A DNA stretch of 63,764 nucleotides, the filler included, from Nemertoderma westbladi (taxonomy: Eukaryota; Animalia; Xenacoelomorpha): the NCBI GenBank assembly GCA_032718475.1. It is 4 parts of 4 records of this genome, joined end to end, with 100 filler letters (N's around TTAATTAATTAA, not from the genome) between each part and the next. Parts side by side here need not be neighbours in the genome. Positions count along the whole stretch, not along the records: positions 20,557 to 45,428 come from JAUCBJ010000954.1; positions 45,529 to 59,436 come from JAUCBJ010004505.1; 2 more parts are not named here. One strand, written 5' to 3'. Below are positions 36,274 to 50,163 of the stretch, piece after piece (position 1 is the first letter of the stretch; each line of letters opens with the position of its first letter). The position numbers were made by a program, and so were the translations under genes. The notes under the pieces are model-generated. The model saw only the letters and a program-made list of their open reading frames with translations, ran no database searches and was not told the DNA's origin.

Positions 36274-37981
36274 CTAGAAAGGCATTTCCTTAAGGAAATG
36301 CAACCACGAAGCTAAGGAAAATTAAACACAATTGACTCATCAGTTCATTGGTTTACCTAGTTAAAAGTCATATGTCTTAATTAAACTCCCATTACCATGG
36401 CAACTTCTGGAACTGCTCGGTTTTACATGAAGATCGAGTTTGTGGTTCCAGGTGACACAAATTGACTTCAAGGAAGTTTCATTGAGTAGTTGATGTCCAA
36501 AATTAAATATGTATTTTTGTTAAAACATCAGTTTGCAGTGGTTGTCTTGGAAACTGATAAATATAACAACGTTAATTGGATGCAGAATTGATGATATAGT
36601 GGGTGTAGGGGTTGGTCCCAAGTCGTAATATCTTAATGTTATGGTTTAAATAATCATTTTATAAATTTGAACATCTGTTTAGCCTGGTTGCCCTGGTAAC
36701 TGGATTTTCTAATTAACCTCAATCAGCTCGACTATTGTCCTTATCATTGAGTTGAGAAACTTCAAGTTTCGATCTATTATGGTTGTTGTACAAATAGAGT
36801 TAAAAATAATATAGACTTTAATGTAATAGATTTTAATATACTCCAGTTACCATGGTAACTAGATATTTCTAGAAGTTTTCCGTTTTTCAAAAAGTTCCAA
36901 ATAGTAGTCCAGATAACACGTACCCAGTTTCAGAGAATGTTATCGTTTAGTCTATGTACAAAATGAACAATTTTTGTGTCAAAACAGCTGTTTTCAGCGG
37001 TTGCCATGCAAACTGAAAAATGGAACTATTTAAATTGGATGCGGAATTAGTGATATAGTGGGGGTAGGGATTGGTCCCAAGTCGTAATACCTTAAAGTTA
37101 TGCTTCAAATAACCATTTTATAAATTTGAACATCTGTTTAGCATGGTTGCCCTGGTAACTGGATTTTCTAATTAACCTCAATCAGCTCGACTATTGTCCT
37201 TATCATTGAGTTGAGAAACCCCAAGTTTATATCTATTGCGGTTATTCTATAAATAGAGTTATGAATAGAGACTTGAATGATATAATCTGTAATAAACTCC
37301 AGTTACCACGGTAACTAGATATTTCTGGAATGTTTTGAGTGTCACTAAAAGTTCCAACTAGTGGTCTAGTTAACACATAACCAGTTTCGTAAAATTTTAT
37401 CTAGGTCCAAATGAGTAATTTTTGTATAAAAATATCTGTTTTCAGCGGTTGTCATGGTAACTGCAAAATAGAACGATGAAATTCGGACGCAGAATAAGTC
37501 ATATAGTGGGGGTAGGGGTTGGTCCCAAGACATAACACCTTCTCCTTAGGCTTCAAATTAACATTTTGTAAATTTTAACATCTGTCTAGCCCGGTTGCCA
37601 AGGCAACTGGATTTTCTATTGAACCTCAATCGGCTCTGCTATGGACCTTATAGTTGAGTTGAGAAACCCCAAGTTTATATCTATTATAGTTTTCCTACAA
37701 ATAGAGTTATAAATATTGACTTGAAATACATAGACTTTTTTCTAAGTCCGTTGCCATGGAAACCAGATTTTTCCTGGATATGAGACCCAGCCAAAAAGAT
37801 GCGCCTCGACGAGTAGTATATAAATGCAAAATTTCAGGGTACTTTTAAAGGCTAGTTTTTTCTGGAGTCAAAAAAAAACTAATCTGCTCCATACAAGTAA
37901 AATAGCCCACTATGAATAGACCATCTCAGCTAAGGAAAATCTTTCTTAGCGAAAGTAGTTGATTTTCCTTAGCTTCGTGGA
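36274..37981 (-). mobile_element. Helitron-like element, copy 3
   Basis: Same termini; three internal units. Confidence 0.8.
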
Positions 37982-38120
37982 TATACGTAAACGAATATGG
38001 AGCATGCATCTACTGTACATGGGAAGAAACCTCATGAAATAGTTGAAATTATAGAAATTGAAGAGAACACCCGTGTGGGAATTCAAGGAGTCAGGCGGTT
38101 GATATTAAGAAATAAAAATA

Positions 38121-40689
38121 CTAGAAAGGCATTTCCTAAAGGAAATGCAACCACGAAGCTAAGGAAAATTAAACAAACCGCCACACTTTGGTTCGTTGCT
38201 TAGCCTAGTTTAGTAGCATTTGACAATAAATAACTTCTACTCCCATGGAAACTAGAGTTCTATGGAACTGTTGGTTCATCCTTTGAAAAAAGATTCAGTA
38301 CAGATTGTGGTTCAGATAACACATATACAAAGTTTCAGAAAATACTAGAAAGGCATTTCCTAAAGGAAATGCAACCACGAAGCTAAGGAAAATTAAACAA
38401 ACGGCCACAATTTGGTTCGTTGCTTAGCCTAGTTTAGTAGCATTTGCCAATAAATAACTTCTATTCCCATGGAAACTAGAGTTCTCTGGAACTGTTGGTT
38501 TTACCTTTGAAAAAAGATTCAGTCCAGATTGTTTTTCAGATAACACATCGAGTTTCAGAAAATATTGTAGTTTATGTCCAAATTACAGATTTTCTATCAA
38601 AATGCATCTGTTTGCAGTGGTTGTCATGGAAACTGAAAAATAGAACAATGTAAATCGGATGCAGAATAAGTCATATAGTGGGGGTAGGTGTTGGTCCCAA
38701 GTCATAATACTATTAAATTGTGCTTCAAATTATCATTTTATTAATTTTAACATCTGTTTACTCTTGTTGCTATGGTAAATGGATTTTCTAATTAACTTCG
38801 AACGGCTTGTATATGGACCTTATAGATGAGTTGCAAAACCCCAAGTTTATATATATTACAGTTTTTCTCCAAATAGAGTTATGATTATAGACTTGAATGA
38901 TATATAACTTTAAAAAAACTACAGTTACCATGGTAACTAGATATTTCTGGAATGTTTTGAGTTTCACTAAAAGTTCCAACTAGTGGTCCAGATAACACAT
39001 ACCTAGTTTCGTAAAATTTTATCGTGAAGTCTATGTACAAATGAATAATTTTCGTATAAAAACATCTGTTTTCAGCGGTTGTCAAGGTAACTGCAAAATA
39101 GAACAATCAAATTCGGACGCAGAATAAGTTATATAGTGGGGGTAGGGATTGGTCCCAAGTCATCACACCTTAACCTTAGGCTTCAAATTAACATTTTAAA
39201 AATTTTAACATCTGTTTAGCCCGGTTGCCAAGGTAACTGGATTTTCTATTTAACCTCAATCGGCTCTGCTATGGACCTTATAGTTGTGTTGAGAAACCCC
39301 AAGTTTATATGTATTATAGTTTTCCTACAAATAGAGTTACAAATATTGACTTGAAATACATAGACTTTTTTCTAAGTCCGTTGCCATGGAAACCAGATTT
39401 TTCCTGGAGATGAGACCCATCCCACACGACGCGCCTTGATGAGTTGTATATACATGCAAAATTTCAGGGTACTTTTAAAGGCTAGTTTTTTCCCCTACCA
39501 AAAAAAACCAAATCTGCCCCATACAAGTAAAATAGCCCACTATGAATAGACCATCTCAGCTAAGGAAAATCTTTCTTAGCGAAAGTAGTTGATTTTCCTT
39601 AGCTTCGTGGATTGTAGTTTACTAGAAAGGCATTTCCTAAAGGAAATGCGACCACGAAGCAACGGAAAATTAAACAAAGGTTGCTTAGCCTAGTTTAGTA
39701 GCAATTGCCAATAAATAACTTCTATTCCCATGGAAACTAGAGTTCTCTGAAACTGTTGGTTTTACTTTTGAAAAAAGATTCAGTCCAGATTGTGGTTCAG
39801 ATAACACATACCAAGTTTCAGAAAATATTGTAGTTTATGTCCAACTACCGATTTTCTATCAAAATGCATCTGTTTGCAGTGGTTGTCATGGAAACTGAAA
39901 AATAGAACAATGTAATTCGGATGCAGAATAAGTCATGTAATGGGGGTACTGTAGGTCTTGGTCCCAAGTCATAATACTATTAACTTGTGTTTCAAATTAT
40001 CATTTTATAAATTTTAACATCTGTTTTGTCTTATTGCTATGGTAATTGGATTGTGTAACTAAACTCGAATGGATTGTATATGGACCTTACAGATGAGTTG
40101 CAAAACCCCAAATTTATATTTATTACATTATTTTGCTACAAATAGAGTATTGAATTTAGACTTGAATGATATAGACTTTAATAAACTCCAGTTACCATGG
40201 TAACAAGATATTTCTGGAATGTTTTCAGTTTCACTAAAAGTTCCAACTAGTGGTCCAGATAACACATTCCCAGTTTCGTAAAATTTTATCGCGAAGACTA
40301 TGTCCAAATGAGTAATTTTTGTATAAAAACATCTGTTTTCAGCGGTTGTCATGGTAACTGCAAAATAGAACAATCAAATTCGGACGCAGAATAAGTTATA
40401 TAGTGGGGGTAGGGGTTGGTCCCAAGTCATAATACCATAACCTTAGGCTTCAAATTAACATTTTATAAATTTTAACATCTGTTTAGCCCGGTTGCCAAGG
40501 TAACTGGATTTTCTATTTAACCTTAATCGGCTCTGCTATGGACCTTATAGTTGAGTTGAGAAACCCCAAGTTTATATCTATTATAGTTTTCCTACAAATA
40601 GAGTTATAAATATTGACTTGAAATACATAGACTTTTTTATAAGTCCGTTGCCATGGAAACCAGATTTTTCCTGGATATGAGACCCAGCC
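38121..40689 (-). mobile_element. Helitron-like copies 4-6, nested (copy 5 at 38345-39611 and copy 6 from 39622, both inside copy 4)
   Basis: The copy-4 sequence CAGAAAATA|TTGTAGTTTA is split by copy 5 and again 10 bp later by copy 6. Copy 6 is cut off at 40689. Confidence 0.8.
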
Positions 40690-42299
40690 TGTAAAAGCTT
40701 TTGTGGGATAACTGATACGTTTGCCTTTGCTGGCCAGTTCCCCCCCCGGTCGCTAAAATACTCTCAAAGGGATTTATAACTAAAATAGTGCAAGCTACCA
40801 GCTTATTGGCTGATGTGCTGTACGGAGATATCTGGGCTCAGTTTAATCGGCCAACTAGCTTAGAGAGGTTGCCTTAGCCTTGCTGTTCGTGTCAGCCAAT
40901 AGAATTTGCGTAGGCGTTGATTTCGACCTATCCCAGCGCTACTGAACTGAATTTCCTATCTTTATGCTCATCCTCTGTGTTGAACGGGGCTTCGTGGAAT
41001 AAGAGTTTTTGGTATACTCGTATAGTAGTAGTAGTCATATGATTTTATATGATTCTGTTGTTGTGTTCCCATTTTCGCCATAACACCGGCTTTTTGGGAA
41101 GAACTCTAGTAAAACTGCTTAAATTATCGAAAGTATAAACTGTTACCTAACTTAAATCACTCAATAACTCACTGATTAACATACTCACTTAATTTAATTG
41201 CATTAATCATATTGTTTGTACTGTTATTTTACCGTCAGTTATTAATTGTACCTATTTGTTGATGGAAATATTGCTCTTTGGATAATACGGATAAATCACC
41301 CAAATTCCCAATTTTCTTGATACACTACAGGTTAGAGAGACCGGCTATACATAACAATTGCGATTTATATTAATGTGGTGTGTATTGAATCCAATGTTAT
41401 TTAGCAGACCCTACGTGAGTCAATTGCTGCTCTCTTTATGTGTGATCAAATATACTGACTGTCGGCAGAATAGTGTGTATGATTGTGATTGGTAACAAAG
41501 TATTTCCTAAAGAATACGCTTTATACTTCAATCATAAGCAGTATCGTTGCGTTTTAGTATAAGTCTTAGTTCTGTTTAAATAGATAAAGCGCCACGTCCT
41601 AAAGGAACTGTTAATATTTCCCGAAAGCCAATAATATCTGTCAGGAATTAATTATTAACGATCTATCGAATAATACAGTAGGTATACACTGCAACCTTAC
41701 ACTGCAATAATAAAATTTAAGCATCCGAATTCAGTCTCCCGGGTGTAGATCCATCGGGTGAATGATCGCGCATGGGCTGACTTCGGCTAGTGTTTTGCGT
41801 ATTAGCATAAAATATTGTCGTATGCTAAAGTGGTTTTAATTAACAAAAAGACATATAAATTTTGGCAGGTTAAACTGCTAAAGGTCTTCAAAAGCGCGAA
41901 CAGTAACAGTTTATATGTATTGCAGTGTAGGTATTAAATACAGTTTAATACTGTTCTGACGAACAGTAACAGTTTATAATCTTATTGCAGTAGGCAATAA
42001 GGTTGCAAAATACCGTAGTGACTGGTAAAACTGAACCGGTACTTTGTAGGTCAGTAGGCCTAACTGTCATCACTGGTACCGGTACTGCTGTATAAGTACA
42101 TTTAGTATTATTCGATTTGATTATTGTATACTGGTAGGTCTTAGTACTTAATCAGGGACTGCAGCCCTGAATTTTTATTGAGATTTTACCTATTTCTGTC
42201 GGTTTTATTTCCTAGTAGGCTAATATTGAGCAGAAGGCGTGTGACCCTGCTCAGATTGTTCAGATAATTGTAGGCTGAGCTGCTGTCTGACTGTTGTTG

Positions 42300-42830
42300 A
42301 GTTTGGAGAGATTGCGGTGTGTGTAGAGTTTGTCTGATAAAGTGCCGTTAGTAAGTTGGGGCAGCCATATGCGGTAAGGTCAATCCCCTCTTAAAGAATA
42401 AGTCGTACTACCGTGTTAGAACGCATACTAACTAACAGTTTCAGAGTCTGCATATACTGTAGTTTATCTAGGCTTGATCGTAGTCTGCCAGTGTTTTAGC
42501 CTGTGTTTGTTTGTGTGGTCTGTTCAGGTACCGTAATAGTTATTACTCAAATATTTGTAGGCTGGATTGTTGTCTAGCTATTCTTAGGCCTGAAGGGATT
42601 GCTGCGTGTGTAGAGTTGGTCTGATAAAGTGCCGTTAGTAAGTTGGGGCAGCCATATGCGGTAAGGTCAATCCCCTCTTAAAGAATAAGTCGTACTACCG
42701 TGCTAGAACGCATACTAACTAACAGTTTCAGAATCTGCACATACTGTAGTTTGTTTAGGCTTGATAGTAGTTTGCCAGCGTTTGGTTTGTATTTGTTTGA
42801 GTATTCTGTACGGGTAGCGTAATATTTATT
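42300..42830. repeat. Direct duplication, 287-bp period
   Basis: ATAAAGTGCCGTTAGTAAGTTGGGGCAGCC... at 42337 and 42624. Confidence 0.88.
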
Positions 42831-44148
42831 ATTCAGAGTTTATGCGATTATTCGCAACATTCATGTCCCCAAGTTTATTCCTACAGTAATTGTGCTTGTT
42901 ATACATACCGTTATAGTTAAACTAACCCCGGTACTACATCAGGGCTGCTCGGCGTAGGTAAAGACTGGAGATTTTGTGCTTCGGTCACTCCAGCAGATGC
43001 CGTGGTTCTTTTAACTGTTCAAGTATATTTAACTACTGATTATTTGTTATACCGGTACTTGTACCTAATTTAGGGTTTAGTGTACAGTGCTTTCCGAAGT
43101 AATTAGTGTAGGCAGTATATTTGTGTTGTAAAGTGGTTGATAGGCACATTCGTTAGCTCTATTAGCTTCTGGGTAGGAACAATCCGTGATACATAACGTA
43201 GTACCTATAGCGATACGGTTATAGGTCGTCAGGCGGTGGTATTTTCCTATCTGGACAGTACAATATATTTACTACTACTTATTATTTCAAATACCGTAGT
43301 ACCCTGTCCGTTGTAATAACCAGAAATCTAACCCTTTGTTAGGCTGGTTGTAGACTTCCTGTAAAATTACCCTAAAAAATTCGTACGTAATATTTTGTTG
43401 TGTTTAATTAGAGAATTAATCTCACCCGTATAGTAAGTAATTTGTAGTAATTAAGTAACTTAGGTAAATTAGAATTATCAGTTTTAGTGTCAAATAAATA
43501 GCACTTCACTGAGAGGCGTTCAGCTTCTGTGTAGTGACTCCCCCAGAAATAATAACATTTATTTCAAATATTGACAAAAAACCCATTTAAACGGGTATAT
43601 AATTATTATAAATCAACTCAAACGATTTATAAATAGTAGGCCTACCAGACAACAACTAGGTCTCAATATCAGTTGGACTACTGCTTAAATAACGGTAATA
43701 AAGTAAGTTAAAGTAACTAAGTAATCCTAAAATATTCAGGAATTCAATTATTCTAAAAATAATTGACATACCGGTACCTACCATAGGCTTATTATATTTA
43801 TTTCTATAAATTTGAGCTGAAATCATACCGGTACTCTGTAATTAATTCTAGTTCATAATTATACTTATATACTATAACTGTAAGCTGTATACCGGTATTC
43901 ACTATAGGCCTACTATATATATATATATATTTGTGCTAAAATTATATACCGGTACTCTGTGACAAATCTAGTCTGTAATAATACTTATATATATTATAAG
44001 CATACCGGTATTCTAATATATTGTATATATATCACGTTACACTGAGTAACGGTACCGGTAATAAATCGCTAGGCTTGCGGTCATACTGAATTACTAGACT
44101 TGCTTTAACTGAAAATATAGTAGTAGACATTCAACTGTATAACTAAAC

Positions 44149-45428
44149 ATGTCTGACACTCAGCAAAACCTGTCAGACAGTCTGATCGATACAACTATCT
44201 GTGATTCAGATAGGAGTGTGGAGCGAATAAGAAAAGAGTTCGGCTCACCTCCTACTGTAAAAAAGGTCATCCCTCCAGTAGTATCAGACCCTAGGCTAGT
44301 CCACCATAGGTCCATCATAGGCACTCGGGCACAGGTAAAACGGGACCAAGAGGCAGTTGTCCTATCGCAGCAACATCTTGGTCAAGAACCTACTTCCCAG
44401 CGACCCGATAGCTCCAGCAGTTCGGATACTGTAGAGTTGACTCCCGAACATGGAGTGCAGATGGCTGATACAGTCTACTCGGACCCCCTTCTTACTCTTC
44501 CTGCTGCAGTGCTAACTACTATATTCATTGCGGTGGAGGAACATCAAGCCGACTGGGCGAAGAATAAGCGAGCGACCCAAGATAATTACGCGGGATACGC
44601 CAGGGAAGAATTGATATCTATTGTTGAATCACAATGGAACTTTCCCGGACTCGGACTTCCGTTGGATCTGTCCGAGGCTACTTGGGAAGATATACACAGG
44701 ATGGGAGTGGCTAAAGATACAATGGATCCAGCTGTTTGGAAGAGGTCGGCAGCAGGATATGTGCAGGGATTCTTCGGATCCTTGGATCGATTGGAAGGAC
44801 AACTGTTTCGACAACCTCACGGACCTCAAGAGCAGGAAGAACTGCTATATCAAATACGCGAAAGAACCCTACGCATACGACTAATCCTCTCAGCCTTTGA
44901 GGAAACTTCCAAAAGAAGACAGGACACGTCGCTGCAGGTGGCTGTCAAAACTTGGCTACATCGGGTAGATCTCAAAGTACAGGAAACGGCCCAGTGGAAA
45001 TCCCAGCTGGCTGAGAGATCAACTTATGAAGAACCAACTGATGTCACCCTTCCTCAAGCGGAAAGCGAAGAGGCCGCCGAGAAACCGCGAACTAGAGACG
45101 CTATCGACATTTATTTGTCCGACTATCAGCGATTCCTAGGAGACGAAGAGTTGAGGAGACGGCTGTCTGGACTTTCCCCTAATAGTGAAGGAACCAAGCT
45201 TGTATTGGACTCAATCGATGCCGAAATGTTAGCTGCAAACCAAGCTGAATGTGATGAAAAACTCCGTCTCACTAGAGTCCGAGAAGAACAAATAAAGAAA
45301 AGACGGATAGAGGAACAAAAGGCGGCGGCTATGGCAGAAGCAGAAGCAGAAAGAAAGGCAGCGGCTGCAGAAGCAGAAGCAGAAAGAAAAGCAGCAAAGG
45401 CAGCTACGGCAGAAGCAGAAGCAGAAAG
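44149..45428 (+). CDS. Uncharacterised protein of at least 426 aa with a C-terminal coiled coil (gag/ORF1-like), truncated by the gap
   Basis: Long stop-free ORF with higher GC than its flanks; ends in AEAEAERKAA repeats. No family recognised. Confidence 0.65.
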
Positions 45429-45528
45429 NNNNNNNNNNNNNNNNNNNNNNNNNNNNNNNNNNNNNNNNNNNNTTAATTAATTAANNNNNNNNNNNNNNNN
45501 NNNNNNNNNNNNNNNNNNNNNNNNNNNN
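45429..45528. other. Artificial contig spacer / assembly gap
   Basis: N44-TTAATTAATTAA-N44. Confidence 0.97.
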
Positions 45529-46321
45529 GCACATTATTTTTACTGCAAATTTAACTATTGAATTTATAGAATGTTTGTAATTAGGCCTACACATTAAAAC
45601 CTATGCATCTGTAATGAAATTAACGCTCATAGCATCATACAGTAGGTAGGCCGGTACTGGTTCAGTATGCGTACAACCCCCACCAAATTGTTTATACTAA
45701 TTAGTTTTTGATAATTTGTTGTTTTGAAATGTTCTAGAACATGTTAGCTATTTGTTTATGAAAAATAATATTCTAGAACAAATAATATCTTTATTCTGGA
45801 ACATCTTTTTAGAAAAATTCAAGGTGTTGTATTATAATCTTATGAGTTATCGTTATATCAACGGTATTTAGCATTTTAATGATTCTCTGGAAACATTATT
45901 ATCTTTGTATGAAAACTAGCTAGTTTTGGGGTCAGTTCCGCCGGTGGCTAAATTTTTTTATTTTTATCTGTACTTTTATACTAGCTAGTGTTTGCATTTT
46001 TTGTAGTTTTAAATGTTCTAGAACATGTCAGTTATTACTTAAAATAAGAATTCATGTTCTAGAACTAATATTTTTTGTTCTAGAACAAGTTTTATACAGG
46101 CTAGGTTTTGGAACATATTTTTGTATTTTATTCTTGGAATTTTAACTGTATTTTTATACTAGCTAGTTTATTTTTTTGCTTTTGTTTTTTACTAGCCACT
46201 TTTTGTTGTTATAAATGTTCTAGAAAATGTCAGTTATTGATTAAAATAAAAATTCATGTTCTAGAACTAAAATTTTTTTTTGTTCTAGAACAATTTTTAT
46301 ACAAGCTATTTTTTTGGGAAC

Positions 46322-46928
46322 AGTTCCGTACGTCCCCCCATTTTGCGAGATTTTTTTACTATACCATAACACCATGTTTCTTGAGCGACACTAATCAAAT
46401 ATTAGTATATAGTATATATAGATAGTATATATATAGTATATATATATACTATCTATATATACTATAATATATATAATATATATATATATATTGTATATAT
46501 AGTACCGGTATATATTATAGGTAGAAAAAATATATTCCATAATATTAAATGACAATACAAGTCATTTCAAGGCAATTCAAGTCATTTTAAAAATAATATA
46601 TATATATATACTATCTATATATACTATATAATATATATAATATATATATATATATTGTATATATAGTATATATTATAGGTAGAAAAAATATATTCCATAA
46701 TATTAAATGACAATACAAGTCATTTCAAGGCAATTCAAGTCATTTTAAAAATAATATATATATATATACTATCTATATATACTATATAATATATATAATA
46801 TATATATATATATTGTATATATAGTATATATTATAGGTAGAAAAAATATATTCCATAATATTAAATGACAATACAAGTCATTTCAAGGCAATTCAAGTCA
46901 TTTTAAAAATGGGGGGACGTACGGAACT
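46322..46928. mobile_element. MITE with three internal (AT)-rich tandem units of about 160 bp
   Basis: 23-bp TIR AGTTCCGTACGTCCCCCCATTTT and its reverse complement at 46906-46928. Confidence 0.8.
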
Positions 46929-49189
46929 CTAGCCATTTTTTGAAACATACGGTATTTTTGTATTTTATTTTTGTATATTTAACTGTATTTTTATACTAGT
47001 TAGTTTTTTTTGCTTTTTTTTACTAGCCACTTTTTGTTGTTTTAAATGTTCTACACGTAGAACATGTAAGTTATTGATGAAAATATGATGTTTTTCTATG
47101 GTAGCTAGTATTTTTAATCTAGCTAGTGTTTAAAAAATTTACTAGCTATATTTACGCAGTTTCTGACAATAAATTTCGTAACTATATGAAAAAATGAAGC
47201 TACGGGCGGAACTATAAGAACAAAATAAAACGGACGAAAAAGAACAAAACGGGTGGCAATGGATTTCTTCCATCTTTTCAATTCCAGTTATTGATAAGTG
47301 ACAGTTTTTTTACTTTGCAAGTAACAAAATATTCTAAAATGTCATGTTTCATTAGATACTGCATCTTTTATTTTTGAAAATAATAATACTGCGCTTAAAA
47401 ATAGCTATTAAATTTTTTTTTAAACACTAGCTACATACACCTAGACAAAAAATACTAGCTACCATAAAAATAAATATATTTTTTTGCCGCGGGATTTGTT
47501 CCTAAAACATCAATTCTCAAATTTTTACCTCAAATACCTCAAATTTTTTTTACTCGGGTGTAGCTATAACACACTACAGTAGTGCCGAACAAATATTTGA
47601 CCTTCTGACAGTAAGATGGTAGCAAGTACCTTTAATTTTGTGTTAGCTAGTACTATTTATTAGCTAGTAAATCTAAGATATACCGGTAATTTAATTCTCA
47701 ATTATATATTTGCATGGAATAAGTCATGGCAGCTAGTAATTTATATTTGATAGTCAAAGTAGCTAGTAATTATTCACTAGCTAGTTTTTTATAGGCGGAT
47801 GTCAAAATAGAGTCTTTACTTATTTTACTTATTTAGGCCTATTTTACTTATTACTAGATTTATTTATCTTTTTATTAGTCATTTCGAGAATAATATTGAT
47901 GATATGGAAATTGTCTAAATAAAAGGGGCACTACAAAATTTATTTTGTAATTTTAAGATCACTAGCTACCTTTAAAAACACTAGCTACCATAATAAAAAA
48001 TAATATCTAACTTCTCTCAAAAGGTGAAATAATTTATGTTCTAGAACAAAAAACCATCTTGATAATATCCATTAACATGGTCCAAAATATTATTTTGTAA
48101 TTTTAAGATCACTAGCTACCTTTAAAAACACTAGCTACCTTAATAAAAAATAATAGGTAACCTCTCTCAGAAGGTGAAATTTATGTTCTAGAACGAAAAA
48201 CATCCTGATAATATCCAATAATATGGTTAAAAAAAATGATCAAAAATTGTACCGGTACCAAAAATTTGGTTTTGTAATTTTAAAAACAGTAGCTACCTAA
48301 ATAAAAGAAATCACTAGCTACAGTACCATAAAAAAAACAATAGCTAACGTCTAACAGAAGATGACATTAATGTTATAAAACAAAAAACCACAAGATAATA
48401 GCCATTAACATTATCAAATAAATGGTCAAAAAGTGGGTGCCCATAACATAGTAGTACCTCTAAACCTACCTAAAACACTAGCTACCATAAAATTTAGTAT
48501 CTTGCTTAACGAGGAGACTTCAATTACGTCCATTGACCAAATTGCAGCAAATTTAAATTTACAGAACTCTGTCTCCCCATATAAAAATATCATAATATTG
48601 TAAAAATAAACTCAAAACTTAACTACAAGCGTTTGAAAAGTGTTTTATTGAGTCTATTTAATTACTATCTATTAGGGAGACAAGGGGGGAAACTGGACGC
48701 AAAACCCGCCTTGGCGAATTAATATCCCGCGTCAATGTTAAATTCTCAAATTCTGGCACTAGTGTGTTATAGGTACAACCCCCCTCAAATTTTTTTACTA
48801 GCTAGTTTTTGCTATTTCTTTTTATGAACATGTTCTATAGAACATGTTAGTTATTTAAAAAAAAATATATATGTGTTCTAGAAAAAATATTTGTTCTTCT
48901 AGAACAATTAAAAAAAATTAAAAAAATTAATGTACTATTTTTAATTTTTAATAATGTTCTAGAACATGTTAGCTATCAGAACTAGAAAAAAAAAGTTCTA
49001 GAACAAATAGTTTTGTATTAACGTAAAAAGTATTAACAAAATTCACTGTAGGCCTATTGAGGTCATTATATTCAGAAATTAATGATATGCTTAGAATACG
49101 TATACTATATAATATTTATTATTTAGCAGACAGCGGGTAATATTTTCAGATCAAATCCAACAGAGCAGAAAATGGGTTTTCTTTGTGTA

Positions 49190-49387
49190 GAAGCTTGTCG
49201 ACATAATTGCGCCGCCACAACTCCCTATCACCCATGAAATTTGCTAGATCATCCGAATCTTCAAGGCCAGTGTCCTTTAAGATGCGTCTCAAGAAAGTCA
49301 TGGGCTGTCCACCATGCTTATTCACTCCATGAGGCTGCCAAAGCACAAGATTATGCACTGGCTGGTCCTCACGGCGAAAGCAATGTT
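49190..49387 (-). pseudogene. Short 3' fragment of the RTE family
   Basis: HNLVLWQPHGVNKHGG...GDRELWR, matching 60970-61160. Confidence 0.88.
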
Positions 49388-50163
49388 ACAACGAAACTCA
49401 GCTAGTTGTTGGCCGAAAGTCAAATCTTAGCTATAGAAATTCGATTATTCTAGAAAATTCACTTTCCTTGACATCAAATAAAACATAACTAACAAAAAAT
49501 AATATTTGTAAGCTTTTTTTTTTATTTTGTTCTAGAACAAAAAATATTTGTTCTAGAACATTTTATTATTTTTTTTTCAAATGTATCTCATGTTCTAGAA
49601 CATTTCATAAAAATAATTATCAAAAACCAGCTAGTAAAAAAAAATTGAGGGGGGGATGTACCTATAGGCCTAACACACTATGTAGTACTCATGTCACTAT
49701 TAAGTGACATGTGAACTCTCCACCTTCACCCCTTTTATATTCTCTGCATTTGGCGGTGCTTCACCAACTGCCACCCAGTTCATTAGGCTAGAGTTCCGTA
49801 TGCAATCGCATTTGAGATTTTGATATTAATTAATGAAATGATGTACTTTTTGTATAGTAGGCCTAATATTACCACCGACTTCATTGCAACATTTTACAAA
49901 ACATATATTGTGTTCTAGATCATTAGCTAATCGACTAACTAGATAATTTTTGTTTTAATTACTACAATTACTACATGTTTTAATCTACATTTTTTTTTTA
50001 ATTTCTAAAAATACTGCATTTTTTTTACTTCTAGAACATTAGTAGATATTAGATAGGAATAGCAATGGACTCATCTGGGAAATTTACAAAGGCAAAATGC
50101 GATCTTTATTACAATTACTAACGTTGCGGCAAGCCGACTTCAGAGGGTTATACAGTAGTAGAT

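Larger units (their letters stand above)
40690..45428 (+). mobile_element. Large unidentified insertion, possibly the 5' part of an LTR retrotransposon
   Basis: Starts abruptly with TGTAAAAG inside Helitron-like copy 6. A long non-coding leader with a 287-bp-period duplication is followed by a long ORF that runs into the gap. Confidence 0.4.
45700..50040. repeat. AT-rich repeat family built from TGTTCTAGAACA and CTAGCTAG palindromes (also at 61600-61980)
   Basis: Dozens of these palindromic motifs, local duplications and an inverted pair at 48760-48810 / 49621-49680. Confidence 0.7.
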
